Source: an uncultured Succiniclasticum sp. (GTDB lineage Bacteria; Bacillota; Negativicutes; Acidaminococcales; Acidaminococcaceae). Taken from it: 64,000 nucleotides of DNA. The notes below the pieces were generated by a model. It worked only from the letters and a program-made list of their open reading frames with translations. It had not been told where the DNA came from and searched no databases. A program made the translations under genes and the position numbers. Positions 59,094-64,000 of this stretch are shown in pieces. Position 1 is the stretch's first letter, and the number at the start of each line of letters is the position of its first letter. The stretch is taken from positions 40,742 through 104,741 of the forward strand of contig UQUU01000006.1 in the NCBI GenBank assembly GCA_900544275.1, given 5' to 3'.

Positions 59094-59837
59094 TCATGCA
59101 TTGTTCTTTAATTTTTCCAACGCTTCCCTGGCCGCCTGCTGTTCGGACTCTTTCTTGGTCCGTCCGGTGCCGCTGCCGTAAGAAACTCCATTAATAAATA
59201 CACCGGAAGAAAAAATACGGTTGTGCTCCGGCCCTGTGAATCCCAACAGTTCGTAAGATATCTCGCTCTGGGAAGCCTGCTGCAAAAATTCCTGCAACAT
59301 GCTTTTATAGTCCCCCATCATCACAAGCCCGCTGCAAACGCCTTTAATTTCTTCTTCCAAAAGCCCCAGCAGATACTTTTTCGCCGCCGCAAACCCCTGA
59401 TCCAGATAATAAGCGCCTAATACTGCCTCAAAGGCATCGGCCAAAATGGAAGGCCGCATAGTACCGCCGGAGGCCCGTTCTCCATTCCCCATGCGCAGAT
59501 ATTTCCCCAAGTTCATTCTTTTTGCGCATTGATACAGAGAAGTTTCACAAACGATTTGCGCGCGCAGCTTGGTCATTTTCCCTTCATCAAAAGAAGGAAA
59601 GTTTTGGTACAGATAGGTACTGACGATCAAGCTCAGTACCGAATCTCCCAAAAATTCCAATCGCTCGTTGTGCTCGTTGTGCGGGTAATGTACGGTTTCA
59701 TGCGCATAGGAAGTGTGGGTCAGCGCCAAGTTCAGCAATTCATAGCGATGCATCGTAATCCCCAGGCTTGCGCAGAACTCTTTCAGCTTCGCTTTTCTTT
59801 CGTCGTTGCATAAGTTTGTAACATTCTTCATTATCAC
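59094..59837 (-). CDS. rnc: Ribonuclease III
   Basis: RNase III signature ERLEFLGDS plus a double-stranded RNA-binding domain. Start is GTG at 59837 or ATG at 59831. Confidence 0.92.
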   Translation of the reverse strand: MIMKNVTNLCNDERKAKLKEFCASLGITMHRYELLNLALTHTSYAHETVHYPHNEHNERLEFLGDSVLSLIVSTYLYQNFPSFDEGKMTKLRAQIVCETSLYQCAKRMNLGKYLRMGNGERASGGTMRPSILADAFEAVLGAYYLDQGFAAAKKYLLGLLEEEIKGVCSGLVMMGDYKSMLQEFLQQASQSEISYELLGFTGPEHNRIFSSGVFINGVSYGSGTGRTKKESEQQAAREALEKLKNNA

Positions 59838-59852
59838 TATGCGCCTGCTTCT

Positions 59853-61100
59853 TTACTCTTCGTACCGTTTGATCACAATAACAGCATTGTGCCCGCCAAA
59901 ACCAAAGTTGTTGGACATGGCGGCCTTTACTTCCTGCTTACGGGCCACATTGGGTACATAATCCAGGTCCATGCCCTCTTCCGCATCTACCTCATGGTAG
60001 TTGATCGTGGGAGGAATGATGCCGTTGGTGATGGTCAACACAGTAGCCACTGCCTCCATGCCGCCGGCGCCGCCTAACAGATGGCCGGTCATGGATTTAT
60101 TGGAACTCATGGGAACTTTGTAAACACGTTCACCGAAGATCTTTTTCGCCGCCACCGTTTCATTCAGGTCATTCCGATGTGTGGAGGTGCCATGGGCATT
60201 GATGTAATCGATATCATCCGGTGTAAGGCCGGCGTCTTTAATCGCAGCTGCCATACACGCAGCCGGCATTTCCCCGGAAGGATCGGGCGCCGTAATATGG
60301 TATGCATCCGTGTTCATCGCAAACCCGGCCAACTCTGCATAAATATGAGCGCCGCGTTTTTTCGCATGCTCCAATTCTTCTAAGACAAGCACGCCGCCGC
60401 CTTCGCCCATGACAAAACCGCTGCGGGTCTTATCAAAAGGACGGGAAGCCTCTGTCGGCTTTTCATTATCGGTGCAAAGCGCTTTCATATTTTCAAAACC
60501 GGCAATCGCGATCGGATTGACTGCTGCTTCTACACCGCCGGCAATCATCACATCCGCATCGCCATATTGGATGGTGCGCATGGCGTCGCCAATGCAGTTA
60601 GTACCGGTAGCGCAAGCGGTTACAATGGCCGTATTAGGGCCTTTCCACCCCAGCGCAATACCGATATGAGCCGCCGGCATATTGGGAATTTCCATAGGAA
60701 TAAAGAAAGGGCTGATACGGCCCGGGCCTTTTTCCCCGTATTTTAAGGACTGCTCTAAAAATGTATCGATACCGCCGATGCCGGTGCCAACACAAACACC
60801 TAAACGGGTCGGATTTTCCTGTGCGATATCAATTTTCGCGTCTGCTACCGCTTCTTTTGCTACGGCTACCGCAAAGTGAGCCACCCGATCCATTTTCCGA
60901 CCTTCTTTTTTTTCAACGTACATGGTGTAGTCGAAGTCCTTCACTTCGCCGGCGATTTTCGTTTTTAAGTCCGTCGTGTCGAATGCTTTGATCAAATCAA
61001 TACCGGATTTTCCGGCCACCAGATTCTCCCAGAAAGCTGCCACATTATTCCCGATCGGAGTCACGGCACCTAAACCAGTAATCACAACACGTTTTTTCAC
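59853..61100 (-). CDS. fabF: Beta-ketoacyl-ACP synthase II
   Basis: KAS II family. Preferred start is GTG at 61100 (MKKRVVITGLG) with GAGGTGA 5 nt upstream. The track ORF extends to 61109. Confidence 0.9.
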   Translation of the reverse strand: MKKRVVITGLGAVTPIGNNVAAFWENLVAGKSGIDLIKAFDTTDLKTKIAGEVKDFDYTMYVEKKEGRKMDRVAHFAVAVAKEAVADAKIDIAQENPTRLGVCVGTGIGGIDTFLEQSLKYGEKGPGRISPFFIPMEIPNMPAAHIGIALGWKGPNTAIVTACATGTNCIGDAMRTIQYGDADVMIAGGVEAAVNPIAIAGFENMKALCTDNEKPTEASRPFDKTRSGFVMGEGGGVLVLEELEHAKKRGAHIYAELAGFAMNTDAYHITAPDPSGEMPAACMAAAIKDAGLTPDDIDYINAHGTSTHRNDLNETVAAKKIFGERVYKVPMSSNKSMTGHLLGGAGGMEAVATVLTITNGIIPPTINYHEVDAEEGMDLDYVPNVARKQEVKAAMSNNFGFGGHNAVIVIKRYEE

Positions 61101-61123
61101 ATCGATCACCTCATAAAATAGTA

Positions 61124-62077
61124 TCAGTCGATTGCTTCGACTTCTTCAATAATGCGGCGGAAGATTTCTTTTACTGGTAAAATCTCGTGAATCTTCCACA
61201 TATTCGCGCCCGTAAAGACCAGGCCTGTTTTCGCATCTCCCTGCTGCGCACGGCTTAACGCTCTGATAATACAGAACTGGTGCGTGCAATGCTTGAGACA
61301 GGCGTCACAAACCGTAGGTCGGGGCGCTCTTCCTTCTAAAGATAGCTGGGCAAAAGGACTGCGAATGGAACGGCCCTTATACCCGACCGGACTATCAATT
61401 TGAACCACGTCTTCCTGCTTCATCTTCAGATACATCCCTTTTAAAAAACGGGACGCATTTGATTCTTCACTGGCAGCAAAACGACTGCCCATCTGTACGC
61501 CGCTTGCCCCCAAACGGAGAAGCTCCACAATATCTTTCCCGCAGGTCGCTCCGCCGGCTGCAACGACCGGTAAATGGACCGCTTTCACTATGTCGGGCAG
61601 GATTTCCTTGATCGATTGCTGGGTGCCCAAATGACCGCCGGCTTCCGTGCCTTCTACCACAATGGCAGAAGCGCCCAGTTTCTCAGAAATCTTAGCCAGC
61701 TTCACAGACGAAACGATAGGAACTACCGCTACATTATATTCTCTGCCAACAGCGAAAATATCTCTTGAAAAACCGGCGCCGGCTACAATCAGGTCGATTC
61801 CTTCCTGCGCAGCAGTCACAATCAGGTCTTTAAAAGCGCGGGCAGCCACCATGCAGTTAATGCCAATGAGGCCTTTTCCATTTGATAATTTTCGGGCCAG
61901 ACGGATCTCCGTCCTGAGTTCCTGCTCTTCCATACCGGAAGCCGCTATCAGACCGATACCGCCCTCATTCGCCACCGCAGAAGCCAAACGTGCTGTTGAT
62001 AATCTGATCGCCATACCGCCTTGTATGATCGGCACCTGGGCCACCAGATTTCCTATTTTAAGCACTGGTAATTTCAA
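61124..62077 (-). CDS. fabK: Enoyl-ACP reductase FabK (FMN-dependent, NMO family)
   Basis: FabK family. TTG start. Confidence 0.85.
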   Translation of the reverse strand: MKLPVLKIGNLVAQVPIIQGGMAIRLSTARLASAVANEGGIGLIAASGMEEQELRTEIRLARKLSNGKGLIGINCMVAARAFKDLIVTAAQEGIDLIVAGAGFSRDIFAVGREYNVAVVPIVSSVKLAKISEKLGASAIVVEGTEAGGHLGTQQSIKEILPDIVKAVHLPVVAAGGATCGKDIVELLRLGASGVQMGSRFAASEESNASRFLKGMYLKMKQEDVVQIDSPVGYKGRSIRSPFAQLSLEGRAPRPTVCDACLKHCTHQFCIIRALSRAQQGDAKTGLVFTGANMWKIHEILPVKEIFRRIIEEVEAID

Positions 62078-62126
62078 CAGATATCCCCCATTTCAGGAAA
62101 CAAAATCAAGACTAATAAGCAGTGTA

Positions 62127-62154
62127 CAGGGAAGCCATATACAAGGCTTCCCTG
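62127..62154 (-). terminator. Hairpin (cagggaagcc-N8-ggcttccctg) after acpP; partial terminator or attenuator
   Basis: Perfect 10-bp stem in the acpP-fabK gap. Confidence 0.4.
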
Positions 62155-62166
62155 ACCGCTTCAGGA

Positions 62167-62394
62167 TTATTTTTCATCCAACATTTTTACTGCGTCAGCA
62201 ACAGTGCGGATCTTTTCTGCCTTTTCATCAGGAATTTCAACACCGAATTCCTCTTCAAAAGCCATGATCAATTCCACGATGTCCAGAGAATCAGCGCCTA
62301 AATCATCAATGAACGCAGATTCCATTTTAACTTCGTCAGCGTCAACGCTCAACTGTTCAACGGTAATGTCTCTTACTTTTTCGAAAGTGCTCAT
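62167..62394 (-). CDS. acpP: Acyl carrier protein
   Basis: DSLD phosphopantetheine attachment motif. ATG at 62394 with AGGAGGTG 7 nt upstream. Confidence 0.95.
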   Translation of the reverse strand: MSTFEKVRDITVEQLSVDADEVKMESAFIDDLGADSLDIVELIMAFEEEFGVEIPDEKAEKIRTVADAVKMLDEK

Positions 62395-62443
62395 CACGAT
62401 TCACCTCCTCTCGTTGGCCTGTTATCCCAGCCTCTCAATTTCA

Positions 62444-63190
62444 TCAATCCATAAACATACCACCATTCACATGCAGTGTCTGGCCGGTAATATAAGCAGC
62501 GTCATCCGATACCAGGAAGGCAACTGCTTTGGCAATATCCGCCGGGTCGCCCAAACGTCCCATAGGAATATTTGCTTTCAGGTTTTCCACGATTTTTTCC
62601 GATAATACAGCGGTCATGTCGGTAGCAATAAAACCGGGAGCGACAGCATTCACCGTGATGCCACGGGCCGCTACTTCCTTGGCCGTAGCTTTGGTAAAGC
62701 CCAAAATACCGGCTTTGGCCGCGGCGTAGTTTGCCTGACCCACATTGCCCATAGCTCCCACTACGGAACTAATGCTGACAATGCGACCGCTGCGGGCTTT
62801 CATCATGTATTTAAGCGCCGCTTTCGTGCAGTTAAACACACTTTTCAGGTTTGTACTGAGCACGGCATCCCAATCCGCTTCTTTCATCCGCATCAGCAAA
62901 CCGTCCCGGGTGATACCGGCATTATTTACCAGGATATCGATCCGGCCCATTTTTTCTACGACTTCAGCCAGCATCGCTTCACAGGCTTCTGTATCGGCCA
63001 CATCGGTTTTGATCACGATGGCCTTTCGCCCCAAAGCTTCAACCTCCGCCTTGGTTTTTTCCGCGGCTTCCGTATTTCCCGCATAATTGATCACTATATC
63101 CGCACCGCAGGAAGCGAGCAACAAAGCGATACTTTTGCCGATTCCCCGGGATGCTCCGGTAACCAGCGCCACTTTACCATCTAACTGCAT
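62444..63190 (-). CDS. fabG: 3-oxoacyl-ACP reductase
   Basis: SDR family (TGASRGIGK..YAAAKAG). ATG at 63190. Confidence 0.92.
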   Translation of the reverse strand: MQLDGKVALVTGASRGIGKSIALLLASCGADIVINYAGNTEAAEKTKAEVEALGRKAIVIKTDVADTEACEAMLAEVVEKMGRIDILVNNAGITRDGLLMRMKEADWDAVLSTNLKSVFNCTKAALKYMMKARSGRIVSISSVVGAMGNVGQANYAAAKAGILGFTKATAKEVAARGITVNAVAPGFIATDMTAVLSEKIVENLKANIPMGRLGDPADIAKAVAFLVSDDAAYITGQTLHVNGGMFMD

Positions 63191-63191
63191 T

Positions 63192-64000
63192 TTATCGAAC
63201 CTCCTTAAAATAAGCAAGCGTTTTTTCCAGGCTGTCCATATCCTCAACATTCAATGCGTTGGCCGTCCGATCAATTTTACGGGTAAAGCCGGTCAGCACT
63301 TTTCCCGGGCCTACTTCCACAAAGGTATCAAAGCCTTCGCCCAACATATAACGCATGGACATTTCCCATTTTACCGGACTGGCGGCCTGTTGTACCAAAA
63401 GCGAACGAATCTCTTCCGCCTTTGTTACCGGCTTAGCCGTTACGTTCGCCACTACGGGGAACTTGGCGTCATGGAATTCCACCTCGTCCAATACTTCTTT
63501 TAAACGAGCGGCCGCAGGACGCATCAGGGTGCTGTGGAAAGGAGCGCTTACCGGAAGGGAAACCGCGCGACGGGCGCCGGCTTCCTTCAGCGCATCGATG
63601 GCTTTCGCTACAGCGCCGGCAGCACCGGCGATCACCACCTGACCCGGGCAGTTGAAATTCACTGCCTGCACCGCTTCACCGCATTCCGCTTCCACTTTCC
63701 GACAGATTGCGTCGATTGTTTCCGGTTCCAGCCCCATTACGGCTGCCATAGCGCCTTCGCCTACCGGAACGGCTTCCTGCATAAACTGGCCACGTTTGCG
63801 TACGGAACGCACCGCATCGGCCAGGCTGAGGGAGCCGGCCGCCACCAGCGCAGAATATTCACCCAAACTATGCCCGCCCGCAATCTGGCAATTCAGGCCA
63901 TTTTCCCGCAGCACAGCCAACACCGCAATGCTGCAGGTTAAAATGGCGGGCTGGGTGTTCATTGTCAGACGCAGTTGGTCTTCCGGGCCTTCAAAACACA
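63192..64000 (-). CDS. fabD: Malonyl-CoA:ACP transacylase (N-terminus lies beyond the window edge)
   Basis: GHSLGEYSAL active-site motif. The reading frame stays open to the window end (..FEGPEDQLRLT|MNTQP..). Confidence 0.9.
   Translation of the reverse strand, partial: CFEGPEDQLRLTMNTQPAILTCSIAVLAVLRENGLNCQIAGGHSLGEYSALVAAGSLSLADAVRSVRKRGQFMQEAVPVGEGAMAAVMGLEPETIDAICRKVEAECGEAVQAVNFNCPGQVVIAGAAGAVAKAIDALKEAGARRAVSLPVSAPFHSTLMRPAAARLKEVLDEVEFHDAKFPVVANVTAKPVTKAEEIRSLLVQQAASPVKWEMSMRYMLGEGFDTFVEVGPGKVLTGFTRKIDRTANALNVEDMDSLEKTLAYFKEVR

Overview
This 64 kb window looks like chromosomal DNA from a Negativicutes-type (diderm Firmicute) genome, about 55% GC, with nearly all genes on the minus strand. 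Most of it is well-known housekeeping sequence. 

Gene order along + coordinates (the - strand genes are transcribed in the reverse of this order):
- pgeF, a radical-SAM gene, a two-domain PPK2, a small coupled ORF, floA, yqeY, rpsU and a HIT gene.
- An AT-rich island carrying an AlbA_2/ATPase/HTH gene.
- mtaB, prmA, rsmE.
- An inserted surface module: a decarboxylase beta-subunit gene, trimeric autotransporter adhesin 1 (TAA1), a decayed IS256-family element, and adhesin 2 (TAA2, 2.7k aa, C-terminal SLH domain).
- dnaJ, dnaK, grpE, hrcA with a CIRCE operator and promoter, then hemW and lepA.
- rpsT on the + strand, then nrdR.
- A dcw cluster: ftsZ, sbp, DUF881, ftsQ, ddl, murC, murG, murD, mraY, murF, murE, ftsL, rsmH, mraZ.
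- A DUF1858 gene on the + strand.
- A folate cluster: folK, folP, folE2 and a PTPS/QueD-like gene.
- trmL, a GH73 glucosaminidase, an MBL-fold hydrolase on the + strand.
- rnc, fabF, fabK, acpP, fabG and fabD, which is cut by the window edge.

The order pgeF..floA-yqeY-rpsU...mtaB-prmA-rsmE...dnaJ-dnaK-grpE-hrcA-hemW-lepA matches the Bacillus yqe/yqf/hrcA neighbourhood. That makes two insertions visible.

The first is an AT-rich island of about 1.6 kb between the HIT gene and mtaB. The second is a surface-adhesin module of about 15 kb between rsmE and dnaJ. It contains an internally deleted IS256-like element with recognisable terminal inverted repeats. The flank of that element is duplicated 6.6 kb away.

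Other notable items:
- The dcw cluster has no ftsI, ftsW or ftsA at their usual positions.
- The folate cluster is folE2 + PTPS + an extended FolP + folK, with no folB.
- There are several intergenic tandem and tetranucleotide repeats.
- Several genes start with TTG or GTG.

Coordinates for non-CDS features were indexed by hand and may be off by 1-2 nt.
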